Below the pieces are notes generated by a model. It ran no database searches and was not told the DNA's origin. It was given only the letters and a program-made list of their open reading frames with translations. Positions 10,106 to 19,715 of a stretch of 64,000 nucleotides of DNA are shown here, one piece after another. Where the stretch lies: contig CAYNMD010000003.1 in the NCBI GenBank assembly GCA_964398485.1, positions 1,334 through 65,333 on the forward strand, given 5' to 3'. The position numbers and the translations under genes were made by a program. Each line of letters starts with the position of its first letter. The first letter of the stretch is position 1. The stretch is from an uncultured Bdellovibrionales bacterium. GTDB taxonomy: Bacteria; Patescibacteriota; Minisyncoccia; Moranbacterales; UBA1568.

Positions 10106-10510
10106 ATGAATGCCAACAATGCATCAATGTGGTATGCGAGTCTGGTAAAGCCCTCCTGGGCACCGCCGGAATGGCTTTTTGGTCCAGTATGGACTGTGCT
10201 GTACGTCATTATTGCCGTCTCATTTGGCTATGTCGCCTGGCGGTATTTTCACAGGGCGCTTCCGGGGATAGTCCTTCTTCCCTTTATACTCAATATAGTC
10301 TTCAACTTGCTCTTTTCGCCGATCCAATTTGGTCTTCGAAATAATGAATTAGCCGCACTGGACATCCTTCTTGTACTTGGGACACTGCTCTGGGCACTCA
10401 TAGCCATCAGACCGTATGTGCCGTGGGTGAGTCTCGTTAATCTCCCGTACCTTATGTGGGTGAGTTTTGCTACGGTTCTCCAACTTACTATCACTTGGCT
10501 TAATCGCTAG
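10106..10510 (+). CDS. tspO: TspO/MBR family tryptophan-rich sensory protein
   Basis: WYASLVKPSWAPPEWLFGPVWTVLY signature, five TM helices. Confidence 0.65.
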   Translation: MNANNASMWYASLVKPSWAPPEWLFGPVWTVLYVIIAVSFGYVAWRYFHRALPGIVLLPFILNIVFNLLFSPIQFGLRNNELAALDILLVLGTLLWALIAIRPYVPWVSLVNLPYLMWVSFATVLQLTITWLNR

Positions 10511-10570
10511 GCCATTTCGAAAAGAGCTCTCATGATATACTGGAGGCGCTGATTTGATAAAGCTAAATGT

Positions 10571-10945
10571 ATGGCAAAATATGTCGATGGATTTGTGCTG
10601 CTGGTACCTAAGAAAAACCTCGAGGCGTACAAGAAAATGGCCAAAGAGGGTGGAAAGCTCTGGAAGGAATACGGAGCGCTTGATTACAAAGAGTGTCTTA
10701 TCGATGACGAGAAGCCTCAAGGGGTAGCCGTAACTTTTCGTAAATTGACTCAGGCGAAGCCAAGCGAAGTAATCGTCTTTTCATTTATCACCTATCGTTC
10801 CAAAAAACAGCGCGATGAGATCAATGCTAAGGTGTGGGCTTATTACGACAAGAAATATGCTGGCGACGAGCATCCGCCCATGCCGTTTGATATGAATCGC
10901 ATGTCTTTTGCTGGTTTCGAAGCCTTTGTGGACATGGCATCATAA
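10571..10945 (+). CDS. DUF1428 family protein
   Basis: MAKYVDGFVLLVPKKNLEAYKKMA...FGGF pattern typical of DUF1428. Confidence 0.45.
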   Translation: MAKYVDGFVLLVPKKNLEAYKKMAKEGGKLWKEYGALDYKECLIDDEKPQGVAVTFRKLTQAKPSEVIVFSFITYRSKKQRDEINAKVWAYYDKKYAGDEHPPMPFDMNRMSFAGFEAFVDMAS

Positions 10946-10984
10946 AATTCCTTTTGAAAGAGAGGCTAGTGCTACAATAAAAGC

Positions 10985-11494
10985 ATGGATACTCTCTCGC
11001 ATGCTTTGTATGGTGGTGTCGCTTTTGGTCGCCGCAGCCGGTGGAGTTATTGGCTGGCTTTCTTTTTTGGGATGGCGCCTGATCTTTTTTCGTTTGGTCT
11101 CTTTTTCCTTACTAATCTCTTCGGTATTACCGAGCGTCCTGATTGGTCAGCGGGGCCGCCACCAGAGTCGCTTATCCCAGGATATGTTCATGGGATGTAC
11201 GACATTACTCATAGTCTGGTCGTTTTTGCTGTAGTTTTTGCTGTAGTCTGGATTATTCGGCACCGACCATTATGGGAAATGCTTGGTTGGCCGCTCCATA
11301 TCCTCGTGGACATCCCGACCCATTCTTCGGAGTTTTTTCCGACACCTTTTCTGTGGCCGATTTCCGACTTTCATGTTGATGGTTATCCATGGAGTCGTCC
11401 AGAAATTTTTATTCCCAATGTTCTGTTGCTCATAGCTCTCTACGTCTGGTTTTGGTGGAAACGAAGGAAACAGCAAGAATCAAAAATGCTATGA
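10985..11494 (+). CDS. membrane-bound metal-dependent hydrolase (DUF457/YdjM-like)
   Basis: MDTLSHALYGG start with histidine-rich TM segments (HSLVVF, PLHILVDIPTHS). Confidence 0.45.
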   Translation: MDTLSHALYGGVAFGRRSRWSYWLAFFFGMAPDLFSFGLFFLTNLFGITERPDWSAGPPPESLIPGYVHGMYDITHSLVVFAVVFAVVWIIRHRPLWEMLGWPLHILVDIPTHSSEFFPTPFLWPISDFHVDGYPWSRPEIFIPNVLLLIALYVWFWWKRRKQQESKML

Positions 11495-11763
11495 AAAGAT
11501 ACTGCTACCTTATTTTGTTTATGGTCCTTGGGTTTCTCGTAGCTACTTTGATTCATGGTGTTCTCGAGATCCCCCTTCTTTTCTGGGTGCAAGCTGATCT
11601 TGAGATGGGTCAAACCAATTGGCTTTGGGAAATTTGGCCAATGACTCATCAAATAGGGGGTGTGTTTTTGTGGCTCAGTGGGACAGTAGTCGGATTTTTC
11701 TTGGGAAAAAAATTTTGGCGCATACTCTATATCGAAAAGCGCTACGGGACTCCGCGGTGGTAG
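11491..11763 (+). CDS. small membrane protein, hypothetical
   Basis: ATG at 11491 overlaps previous stop (ATGA); two to three TM helices. Confidence 0.3.
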   Translation: MKRYCYLILFMVLGFLVATLIHGVLEIPLLFWVQADLEMGQTNWLWEIWPMTHQIGGVFLWLSGTVVGFFLGKKFWRILYIEKRYGTPRW

Positions 11764-11814
11764 CGCTTGAGAAAATATTTTGACCCGAAGCAGTGTTCTG
11801 CAACGGGCCATGGG

Positions 11815-12036
11815 TTAGTTGACGAATTCATCGCCACCCTCGTCAGTCGAGGTGCGATTGACTGCTTTGGGATACTGATCAATCATTCCAACCCCAAAGA
11901 GTCTGGGATGCTGAGCGATTAGCACCCCGAGTGCTTCGCTAGGAGTGCCTCCTTCGTGGCCTGAGTGAGCGTTCTCGTTCTCATGAGCGTAAGCCTGATA
12001 GCCGGTAAGGGTTCGACGTATGATTATTTTGATCAT
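11815..12036 (-). CDS. hypothetical small protein
   Basis: 73 aa ORF, only minus-strand gene in this block; no recognised family. Confidence 0.25.
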   Translation of the reverse strand: MIKIIIRRTLTGYQAYAHENENAHSGHEGGTPSEALGVLIAQHPRLFGVGMIDQYPKAVNRTSTDEGGDEFVN

Positions 12037-12122
12037 CCAGACTCCTCTTCGGGAAGATTTCTGTCAACGTATTCCGCATCTTGCTCGAGCGGGAGAGGGC
12101 AGTGTACAATGACGGCATTCTT

Positions 12123-13112
12123 ATGTCAATTCGAACTGAACGTATCAATTTTTTCCGGCAGACTGTCCTAGATTTTCTCGAGAAATCTGGACGCTCTGAA
12201 CTTCCTTGGCGGAAGAAAAAAATCACTCCTTATGAAGTGTGGGTGTCTGAGGTTATGCTGCAGCAGACCCAGGTATCGCGTGTTATTGACTATTATCGTC
12301 GCTTCCTCAAACGTTTTCCAACGGTAGAGAAACTAGCACAGGCTCATTGGGAAGTATTCCTTCCTTACTATGAGGGGCTTGGCTACTATGCTCGGGGTCG
12401 GAATATGCTCCGAACGGCGAAGGCATTGGTAAAGGAGTACGGAGGACGATTTCCTCGAACAGTGTCAGAGCTGGAGCAGCTACCTGGTATTGGACCATAT
12501 ACAGCAAGGGCTATTGCCAGTTTTGCCTACGATGCCTCAGAGTTAGCGTGGGATACTAACCTCAAGCGAGTGCTTGGACGTTTCTTCTTTGGTGGGAAGG
12601 ATCGAGTGGGAGAGGAAGAGATGATTATGTTGAACAAAACCCTTGGAAAGGGAGCGCGAGAACTCAATGCTGCTCTTATGGATTTTGGGAGCGCCCTCTG
12701 CACGGCTCGGCCAAAATGTGCGAATTGCCCTCTCCAAAAGCGGTGTCAGTATTTCAAAGATCGGGGAAAACAAGAATTAGGGGCTCTTGTAAAAAAGGCA
12801 GCAGGATCTCAGAAGAAGGGGGATCAATCGCTCGTATTTTTACACGAGCGGCATCAACGCTATTTTTCGTCTCAAACAAAGCATTATCGGCCATTTCTTT
12901 TGCCCCCGGGGTATCTTACACGAGCTGCTATCAAAGAATTTTTTTTGAAAGAGTATAACCTTTCGGTGGCGGTACGCCCACCACACAGCGTGGCAATTCT
13001 TGGGGGAGTATCAGTATCCCTGGTCCATGCTCAGATTTTACTTGGAGAGCCCTCTTTCTCTGTTTTTCCCAAATCGGCCGTTGTCGAGTATACTAAAAGG
13101 GAAAAATTATAG
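12123..13112 (+). CDS. mutY: A/G-specific adenine DNA glycosylase (MutY)
   Basis: HhH-GPD motif LPGIGPYTARAIASFAY, [4Fe-4S] cluster loop CTARPKCANCPLQKRC; ATG at 12123 (longer ORF starts with TTG at 12081). Confidence 0.75.
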   Translation: MSIRTERINFFRQTVLDFLEKSGRSELPWRKKKITPYEVWVSEVMLQQTQVSRVIDYYRRFLKRFPTVEKLAQAHWEVFLPYYEGLGYYARGRNMLRTAKALVKEYGGRFPRTVSELEQLPGIGPYTARAIASFAYDASELAWDTNLKRVLGRFFFGGKDRVGEEEMIMLNKTLGKGARELNAALMDFGSALCTARPKCANCPLQKRCQYFKDRGKQELGALVKKAAGSQKKGDQSLVFLHERHQRYFSSQTKHYRPFLLPPGYLTRAAIKEFFLKEYNLSVAVRPPHSVAILGGVSVSLVHAQILLGEPSFSVFPKSAVVEYTKREKL

Positions 13113-13120
13113 GTACGCTT

Positions 13121-14179
13121 ATGCAAGTACGCCAGCTGAATGTGTATTTCTTCTTCTTTCTCCTTATCGGCGGATCAGTGGTGGCGTTTTATATTTTCCA
13201 GCCATTTTTGACAGCTATTCTGGCTGCCGCCATTCTCTCTATTTTGTTCAAGCCACTCTATCGATTCCTTACCCAATCTTTCCGAGGGAGTGAAATCTGG
13301 GGTTCATTTGCTGCCTGTCTCGCGGTTGCTCTCCTGATCGTAACCCCGATTATTGTTACGTTGTCATTGGCAGTAGTTGAGGCCAATAATCTCTACCAAA
13401 CTATTGCTCAGGACCAAACCATTGACGAGCTTATTCACTCAGGTGTTGGTTATCTCAATAGTCAGCCGCTTACTCATTATGTATTTAGCGAGGAAATTCT
13501 CAATCCTGATAAAATCGCGAGTGATATCAAGACTTTTGGAACCAATGCCCTGAGTATTCTTCAGACGGCTTATCAGAGTGTAACGCACTTCTTCTTCTGG
13601 ACGTTTATTATGTTTTTCACCCTGTTTTATCTCTTTATCGATGGAGAGAATGCCTTCCGATATCTCTTGCGGCTGTCGCCACTCAAGAATGAACACGAGA
13701 AGTTGTTGACCGAGAAATTTATCTCTATCAGTCGAGCTACTCTCAAAGGGACATTGGTGGTAGGGACGGTCCAAGGACTTCTCGGAGGGATCGCTTTTTG
13801 GATAGTGGGAGTGCCATCGCCAGCTATTTGGGGCCTTATGATGATTCTTCTTTCGATGATTCCACTGATTGGTTCAGCTCTCATCTGGCTTCCAGCAGCC
13901 CTCTTCCTCCTCTTAATTGGTGATATTTGGCAGGGGGTCTTCCTTTTGGCTGTTGGCTTTGGTGTGATCTCTGTTATCGACAATATTTTACGGCCACGCT
14001 TTGTGGGGAAGGATACACAGATGCATCCTCTGATGATTTTCTTTGCTATTATCGGAGGGATCACTTATTTTGGTCTCCCAGGGTTTGTGATTGGACCCAT
14101 CTTTATTTCCCTTTTCCTCGCTCTGTGGGAAATCTATGCTGTTGAGTTCAAGACCCAGCTTGAGCAGTTTAACGCTTAA
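13121..14179 (+). CDS. AI-2E family transporter (UPF0118/PerM-like)
   Basis: 8 TM helices, conserved GxxGGxxxFW-like segments typical of AI-2E family. Confidence 0.65.
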   Translation: MQVRQLNVYFFFFLLIGGSVVAFYIFQPFLTAILAAAILSILFKPLYRFLTQSFRGSEIWGSFAACLAVALLIVTPIIVTLSLAVVEANNLYQTIAQDQTIDELIHSGVGYLNSQPLTHYVFSEEILNPDKIASDIKTFGTNALSILQTAYQSVTHFFFWTFIMFFTLFYLFIDGENAFRYLLRLSPLKNEHEKLLTEKFISISRATLKGTLVVGTVQGLLGGIAFWIVGVPSPAIWGLMMILLSMIPLIGSALIWLPAALFLLLIGDIWQGVFLLAVGFGVISVIDNILRPRFVGKDTQMHPLMIFFAIIGGITYFGLPGFVIGPIFISLFLALWEIYAVEFKTQLEQFNA

Positions 14180-14190
14180 GCCCATTTCTT

Positions 14191-15012
14191 ATGATTGAGT
14201 GGTGGCAGACGCTTCCTCAGTTTATTGATCCAGTTGCCTTTTCTCCGTTTGGGTTTCCAATTCCTTGGTACACCATCTGTTATCTTCTGGGGGTTATTTT
14301 TGCAACCATTTTTTTTGTGAGTCTTTTGAGGCGCAAGGGGCTAGTGATTTCCGAAGATGGAACCATAGAGCTCATCGTTTCAGTACTCTGGGGAGTAATT
14401 ATTGGAGCTCGACTTGGCTATGTGCTCTTCTATGGAGATAGTAGTTATTGGGAGGAACCATGGAGGATTATTTCCCCATACGACTTTACTCTGGGTGAAT
14501 GGATAGGTATCCGGGGACTCAGTTTTCATGGTGGACTTATCGGAGGAGCAATTGGTTTGTGGCGATTCACTCGTGAAGGAAACAGGGATTTTTGGGGAAT
14601 AGCGGATGCTTTGGTACAAGCGGTACCTATTGGGATTTTATTTGGCCGGTTGGGGAATTTTTTGAATCATGAAATTCCGGGCAAAATTACGGAACTCGCT
14701 ATAGGCATGCAGTGGTTTTTAGAGGAGGGGGTATTGCGCCATCCCGTGACGCTCTATGAGGCACTTGCTGAAGGAGGGTTACTCTTTTTCTTCTTGGTGC
14801 TGGTCAATCGATTACAGGCGAGGTCTGGTAACGTTACAGCCCTCTTTCTTATTGGATATGGAGTGATTCGGTTTGTTATGGAATTTTTTCGTGAGGTAAG
14901 CATCATTCAGAGTCTGGGTATTACTGCAGGCCAGGCACTATCAACAGTACTTGTTTTATGGGGAGTACTCCTTCTTTTTAGGCAATCTCGCCAACCGCTT
15001 GTGGTACAATAG
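14191..15012 (+). CDS. lgt: prolipoprotein diacylglyceryl transferase
   Basis: Lgt signature GRLGNFLNHE and YGxxxG-containing TM pattern. Confidence 0.8.
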   Translation: MIEWWQTLPQFIDPVAFSPFGFPIPWYTICYLLGVIFATIFFVSLLRRKGLVISEDGTIELIVSVLWGVIIGARLGYVLFYGDSSYWEEPWRIISPYDFTLGEWIGIRGLSFHGGLIGGAIGLWRFTREGNRDFWGIADALVQAVPIGILFGRLGNFLNHEIPGKITELAIGMQWFLEEGVLRHPVTLYEALAEGGLLFFFLVLVNRLQARSGNVTALFLIGYGVIRFVMEFFREVSIIQSLGITAGQALSTVLVLWGVLLLFRQSRQPLVVQ

Positions 15013-15058
15013 AAGGGTATAGTTTCTCGAGATCTTCTCTATAGAGCACGCTTCTATC

Positions 15059-16057
15059 ATGCGTCGATCATACCAAAATCAACATCACGAACCATTATCT
15101 ACTCGCCGTATTCTTGATGGTGTAGTACGGGGTGTTTTTGACACACCGAAGCCAGTTCATTTTGAGAACAAGCCACTGGTTACTCCACCAATGGTACGAG
15201 CCAGGAGACAGCTTGATGCTGTGCTGCTTCGAGAAAAAGAAAAGCGGGGCTGGTCATATCGAACGTCTCGAGTGGCGAGAGTGCTCTTTTTTCGTCGGCT
15301 TCAGATATGGAATCGAAGATTTATGCGACGCCTGGGCCGTTTTCTCCCTGATTTTGACGGTATCCCGCCTAAAAAAGCTCTGTATGCATCCCTTATTGGA
15401 GGGGTAAGTTTTGGCATGGTAGCCATGTCAATGTTTCAGGGTTTTACCGATAAAAATGCCGAGGCTATGCCGGTAGCCACTGTTGCAGAACCTGCTTCTC
15501 AAGAAGTGATTAGTCGCGAGCTTGGTATCGAAAATCAAAGGTATAATCCAGATAATGATATTTTCCTTCAATTCTTCACTGAATCTGAAAAAGAGGAGTA
15601 CGGTGAGCAAATTCGTTCACTGGTGGCTGGGTATCCAATCGAGGACATGCTCCCTTATATTTTGGAAAAGGATCGGGTAGTAGCTGCTTTTTTGGTTGGT
15701 ATCGCCAAGAAAGAGTCTAACTGGGGGAAACGTGTACCAGTCTTGGATGGTCAGGATTGCTTTAACTATTGGGGCTACCGAGGTGTGCGGCGACTGATGG
15801 GTACGGGTGGACATACCTGCTTTAATAGTCGTAAAGATGCTGTTGATACGGTAGCTAGTCGTTTGGAAAAACTCATCCATTCTAACAAACTGGATACTCC
15901 GGCTAAGATGATTATCTGGAAGTGTGGGTATAGTTGTGATGGACATAGTCGTGAGAGTGTTCGCAAGTGGATCGCTGATGTTGATATGTATTTCCAGGAG
16001 CTTCAGGGAACGGATGAAGAGGATGGTTTAGTGATGAATCCAGCAGTTACTCCATAG
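15059..16057 (+). CDS. membrane-anchored protein with C-terminal GH73 (glucosaminidase)-like domain; paralog of 16401..17210
   Basis: TM segment ALYASLIGGVSFGMVAMSMF; C-terminal FLVGIAKKESNWGKR...FNYWGYRG resembles ESGWG/NxFGIKG motifs of FlgJ/Atl glucosaminidase domains; four conserved Cys. Confidence 0.4.
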   Translation: MRRSYQNQHHEPLSTRRILDGVVRGVFDTPKPVHFENKPLVTPPMVRARRQLDAVLLREKEKRGWSYRTSRVARVLFFRRLQIWNRRFMRRLGRFLPDFDGIPPKKALYASLIGGVSFGMVAMSMFQGFTDKNAEAMPVATVAEPASQEVISRELGIENQRYNPDNDIFLQFFTESEKEEYGEQIRSLVAGYPIEDMLPYILEKDRVVAAFLVGIAKKESNWGKRVPVLDGQDCFNYWGYRGVRRLMGTGGHTCFNSRKDAVDTVASRLEKLIHSNKLDTPAKMIIWKCGYSCDGHSRESVRKWIADVDMYFQELQGTDEEDGLVMNPAVTP

Positions 16058-16097
16058 GTGTTCGGTCGAGAGAGGGTTTTATAGAGAAAAAAACAAT

Positions 16098-16190
16098 ATG
16101 CAAGAAATGAAACTTGATCTTAGGCGGGTGGCCCCACTCGCGTTAGGGCTTACTACATTGGCTGTGATGGCGGCTTTTCTTTTGGCCTAA
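16098..16190 (+). CDS. possible 30-aa hydrophobic micro-protein between the paralogs
   Basis: ATG ORF MQEMKLDLRRVAPLALGLTTLAVMAAFLLA followed by terminator-like hairpin; below ORF-track size cutoff. Confidence 0.2.
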   Translation: MQEMKLDLRRVAPLALGLTTLAVMAAFLLA

Positions 16191-16223
16191 CTCTTCTTTT
16201 GAACCGAGTCTGGCTGGTTTTTA

Positions 16224-16252
16224 CCGAGACCCTTCGGGGGGCTCTGTTTTTA
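16224..16252 (+). terminator. rho-independent terminator-like hairpin plus T-run
   Basis: GAGaCCC-ttcg-GGGgGCTC stem followed by TGTTTTTATT. Confidence 0.4.
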
Positions 16253-16400
16253 TTATATTGACATTATTTAAATTTTATTGTTTAAATTTAAATTTAAAAT
16301 ATTCAAAATAATGCTTTATATAAGCCAAAATTTTTTAAAAAGTGGTGAAAATTGATTGACGGGAGGGTATTTTTTTGGTAGGATTGAGCTTGTGTCTTTT

Positions 16401-17210
16401 ATGATACATTCTCCCTACAATTGCTTTCCAGGTCGTCAGGCCTTAGTGGTTTCCTCCCTTCAGAAGCGAGTCTTCTTGAGGAGTGCCTCTCTTTTCCTCC
16501 TGATTTCTCTCCTTGGTTTTTCTTTCTTCGTCCCTCCTTCGGTGATGGCGGCAGAGGCTCCTTCCCTAGAAAAAGAGGAGACTTTGGAGTTTTCGTTAGA
16601 TGATTTTGAACAGCGGTTTTCATTGGGTAATCAAACCAAGGATCTTTGTGCATGGGAACGTGATTTGGGGTTTTTCCTCTCTCGTGAGCGCGCTACCGAA
16701 AGTAGGGTTGAGACTATTGATTGTACCGAAAGACTACAGAATACTGCTTTGCGTGAAATGAAACCGGAGTATCAATCTGGCGATAGCGAGCTCAAGCAGG
16801 AGATTCAAGAACTTGCCAAAGGATTCCCTCTTGAGGAAATGGCAGGAGCTATTGCTCGCTATGATAGAGAAATTGCTGGTCTTATAGTTGGTATCGGAAA
16901 GAAAGAATCAAACTGGGGAAAGCGAACTCCTAAGCTTCTCGGTGAGGAATGCTATAACTATTGGGGCTATCGAGGAGTGGGTACGCGCGGGTTTACCCCG
17001 GATGGTTATGGTTGCTGGGAGAAGCCTGAAGAAGCCGTCAAGGCTATTGGTGACCGATTGGTGAAACTACGTGAAATCAGGCTTAGTGCTGAACCAGCTC
17101 GGATGATTGTCTGGAAATGTGGTAATTCCTGTGCTGGACATAGCGACGAGAGTGTTCGCAAGTGGATTGCTGATGTGAACTTTTATTTCCAAGAAATCGC
17201 GAGAAATTAA
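16401..17210 (+). CDS. secreted protein with GH73 (glucosaminidase)-like domain; paralog of 15059..16057
   Basis: Signal-peptide-like LFLLISLLGFSFFVPPSVMAAEA; IVGIGKKESNWGKRTP...YNYWGYRG...KCGNSCAGHSDESVRKWIADVNFYFQE is a near-copy of the C-terminus of the upstream gene. Confidence 0.4.
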   Translation: MIHSPYNCFPGRQALVVSSLQKRVFLRSASLFLLISLLGFSFFVPPSVMAAEAPSLEKEETLEFSLDDFEQRFSLGNQTKDLCAWERDLGFFLSRERATESRVETIDCTERLQNTALREMKPEYQSGDSELKQEIQELAKGFPLEEMAGAIARYDREIAGLIVGIGKKESNWGKRTPKLLGEECYNYWGYRGVGTRGFTPDGYGCWEKPEEAVKAIGDRLVKLREIRLSAEPARMIVWKCGNSCAGHSDESVRKWIADVNFYFQEIARN

Positions 17211-17226
17211 TTTGGACTATCATCTG

Positions 17227-17262
17227 AAAACACCTCGAGAAAGTGGGGGTGTTTTTTATTTT
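17227..17262 (+). terminator. terminator-like hairpin
   Basis: AAAACACC-loop-GGTGTTTT followed by TTATTTTT. Confidence 0.4.
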
Positions 17263-17316
17263 TCAGTATAGTCCAAAGGGGGTGGTATACTAAAAATATA
17301 AGTCTTGTCTTGAGAT

Positions 17317-18255
17317 ATGAGTTGGCTCGCATACGCCCTTGGTGGTTATCTTTTCAATGCGGTAACAGCAATTTTTGATAAGTTTCTTCTCTCTGATCGA
17401 GTCAAGGAGCCGTGTGTGTATGCTTTTTTTGTGGCCGTACTTTCCCTTTTTGCCATTGTATTTGTACCGTTTGGAGTACAGTGGATTCCTTGGCAAACGA
17501 TCGTGGTATTTGTGATTTCTGGTGTTTTGTTTCTGTACGGCTTGGTTGCTTTTTACAATGCCGTAAAACGTAGTGAAATTTCACGAGTGGCCCCATTAGT
17601 AGGGATTGCTATTTCAGTGATTGCTGGAGTGGCTTCACTCGCCTTTGGACCAGCGGCTACGATGTCGTTTTCACCGCTCAATTTTCTTTCCTTGTTTCTT
17701 CTTTTGGGAGGTGCCTTTTTGGTCGCTTTTGATTTGCCACTCAAACCCAATGATGCACTCATGAAGTCGACGCTGCTGGCAGGTGCTTTGATGGCTCTCT
17801 CACTCATTTTTCTCAAGACCGGCTATCGTAATGCTGATTTTATCAATGGTTTAGTTTGGTCGAGACTTGGTTTTGTGCTGGGGGGATTTTCTCTCTTTAT
17901 TATTCCGCAATACCGCAATGCTATCCTGGAGAGCACGCACGCTATGACGGTGGCAAGTAAAGATAATTTTGTAACTGGATCACTGTTTGTTCTCAATAAG
18001 GTATTTGGTGCGGTGGCTACTTTTCTTCTAACCTATGCTGCTTATCTAGGTCCCATTACCTTTATTCAGGCGCTCAACGGCATTCAATATGCTTTTGTTT
18101 TACTTTTGGCTTTACCACTTTCTTTTTACTTCCCTCATATTTTTGAGGAGAAATTATTATTTTGGGATTGGGCCCAGAAAGTTTTTGCTGTGCTACTGAT
18201 CATTTTGGGGATGTGGCTTGCTGTTCATTCGGGAGTGGATTTTCTTTTTCTCTAA
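17317..18255 (+). CDS. polytopic membrane protein (about 10 TM, DMT/EamA-like topology)
   Basis: Ten hydrophobic helices in two halves; no catalytic motif recognised. Confidence 0.4.
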   Translation: MSWLAYALGGYLFNAVTAIFDKFLLSDRVKEPCVYAFFVAVLSLFAIVFVPFGVQWIPWQTIVVFVISGVLFLYGLVAFYNAVKRSEISRVAPLVGIAISVIAGVASLAFGPAATMSFSPLNFLSLFLLLGGAFLVAFDLPLKPNDALMKSTLLAGALMALSLIFLKTGYRNADFINGLVWSRLGFVLGGFSLFIIPQYRNAILESTHAMTVASKDNFVTGSLFVLNKVFGAVATFLLTYAAYLGPITFIQALNGIQYAFVLLLALPLSFYFPHIFEEKLLFWDWAQKVFAVLLIILGMWLAVHSGVDFLFL

Positions 18256-18258
18256 CCT

Positions 18259-19287
18259 ATGCAGAACTGGAAAGGGGTACTTAAGGTAATCACTATCACA
18301 CTACTCAGCCTTCTTTTGTGTATTGGGACAGTGTTTTTGTATTTTAATCTACCTGGCCCCATGCCCCGTGAAGATGTTCATCTCGGCATGACCTTTTCTT
18401 CTCGCTATGCGACCGATCTTGGTCTTGATTGGCAAGAAACATATCGAGCGCTTCTCTACGATATGGGAGTCAAGAAACTACGTATACCGGTGTATTGGGA
18501 TTTGGTGGAGTCAGAGCCCGGGAAAACTTATTATGCTGACGTTGATTGGCAGATAGAAGAAGCAAAGAAGGCTGGGGCAGAAGTTATTCTCTCTGTTGGT
18601 CAACGGGTCCCGCGCTGGCCAGAATGCCATATTCCAGGTTGGGCTAAAGAAAAAAGCGATGAAGAGCGCCAGCAGGCACTCAAGGGATTTCTTGCTGAAA
18701 CTGTAAATCGCTATAAACACGAATCAGTAATTACAACTTGGCAAGTAGAGAACGAGCCCTTTCTTGTTTTCTTTGGTGAGTGTCCACCACTTGATGTGGG
18801 CTTTCTTGAAGAAGAGGTGGCTCTCGTAAAGGCGCTCGATGGAGAGAGACAGCGACCAGTGCTTTTGACTGATAGCGGTGAACTTTCTATTTGGACAAGA
18901 GCGGCCAAACGGGGTGATATTTTTGGGACGACCATGTATCGCATGATTTATAAAGGCGGGTGGGGATATGTTACCTATCCAATTGGGCCAAATTTTTTCC
19001 GAGCCAAGGAATGGCTGGTGAGGCTTGTCACTGATCAGGAACACTTTATGGTTATCGAACTTCAGGCGGAGCCCTGGGCTAATGGTTGGGTGGGAAATGT
19101 TTCGCTTCCCGAACAATTTATTACGATGAATGAAAAACTCCTCGAAGAAAATGTGACGTACGCGAGAAGGGTAGGATTTCAGGATATCTATCTGTGGGGT
19201 GGGGAATGGTGGTACTGGCTTAAAACTAAAAAAGACTATCCAGCTGTGTGGGAAAAGGGGAATGAGTTGTTTGAAAAGTATCGATAA
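18259..19287 (+). CDS. membrane-anchored glycoside hydrolase, clan GH-A (GH5/GH42-like)
   Basis: N-terminal TM anchor, catalytic acid/base motif QVENEP, (beta/alpha)8-like pattern. Confidence 0.5.
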   Translation: MQNWKGVLKVITITLLSLLLCIGTVFLYFNLPGPMPREDVHLGMTFSSRYATDLGLDWQETYRALLYDMGVKKLRIPVYWDLVESEPGKTYYADVDWQIEEAKKAGAEVILSVGQRVPRWPECHIPGWAKEKSDEERQQALKGFLAETVNRYKHESVITTWQVENEPFLVFFGECPPLDVGFLEEEVALVKALDGERQRPVLLTDSGELSIWTRAAKRGDIFGTTMYRMIYKGGWGYVTYPIGPNFFRAKEWLVRLVTDQEHFMVIELQAEPWANGWVGNVSLPEQFITMNEKLLEENVTYARRVGFQDIYLWGGEWWYWLKTKKDYPAVWEKGNELFEKYR

Positions 19288-19298
19288 TTTATTACGAT

Positions 19299-19715
19299 AT
19301 GAATTTGAATAAAGAGATGGTCATTAAAATTGTGCATAGTATCAACATTCTATTGATGGTATGCTTTTCCCCTATCATGTTATTCGTATTTCTTTTTGCT
19401 TTATCTGATGTAGTAGATCGTTCGAACTTCACTAGTCCACTGGTTATTGAAGCTTTCGGATATCTACTGGTAGTGGTATTTGGTTTGCTCGCTTTAAAAA
19501 AGCGACATTTGCTTTTTATCAGCCTGTTAGGGTGGGTGCTTTTGTGGTGGGGGAACTATATGGATATAGACAATGCTCAGAAGGGAGAGCAGTTCGCTTG
19601 TGTGACGATGAGACAAGATCCGCTTTGTGTCGAAAGAGATGATGGGACTATGGAGTGTAGCGGGGGCACTTTAGCTGGTGTGTATCCACAGGTCTGTAAT
19701 GGAATCTCAAAATGA
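19299..19715 (+). CDS. membrane protein, hypothetical
   Basis: Three TM helices then Cys-containing tail; stop overlaps next start. Confidence 0.3.
   Translation: MNLNKEMVIKIVHSINILLMVCFSPIMLFVFLFALSDVVDRSNFTSPLVIEAFGYLLVVVFGLLALKKRHLLFISLLGWVLLWWGNYMDIDNAQKGEQFACVTMRQDPLCVERDDGTMECSGGTLAGVYPQVCNGISK

Noticed and set aside
19670-19695. DnaA-box-like TGTATCCACA
   Set aside because: Single copy with one mismatch inside a coding region. No cluster of boxes or AT-rich DUE nearby, so no origin call.
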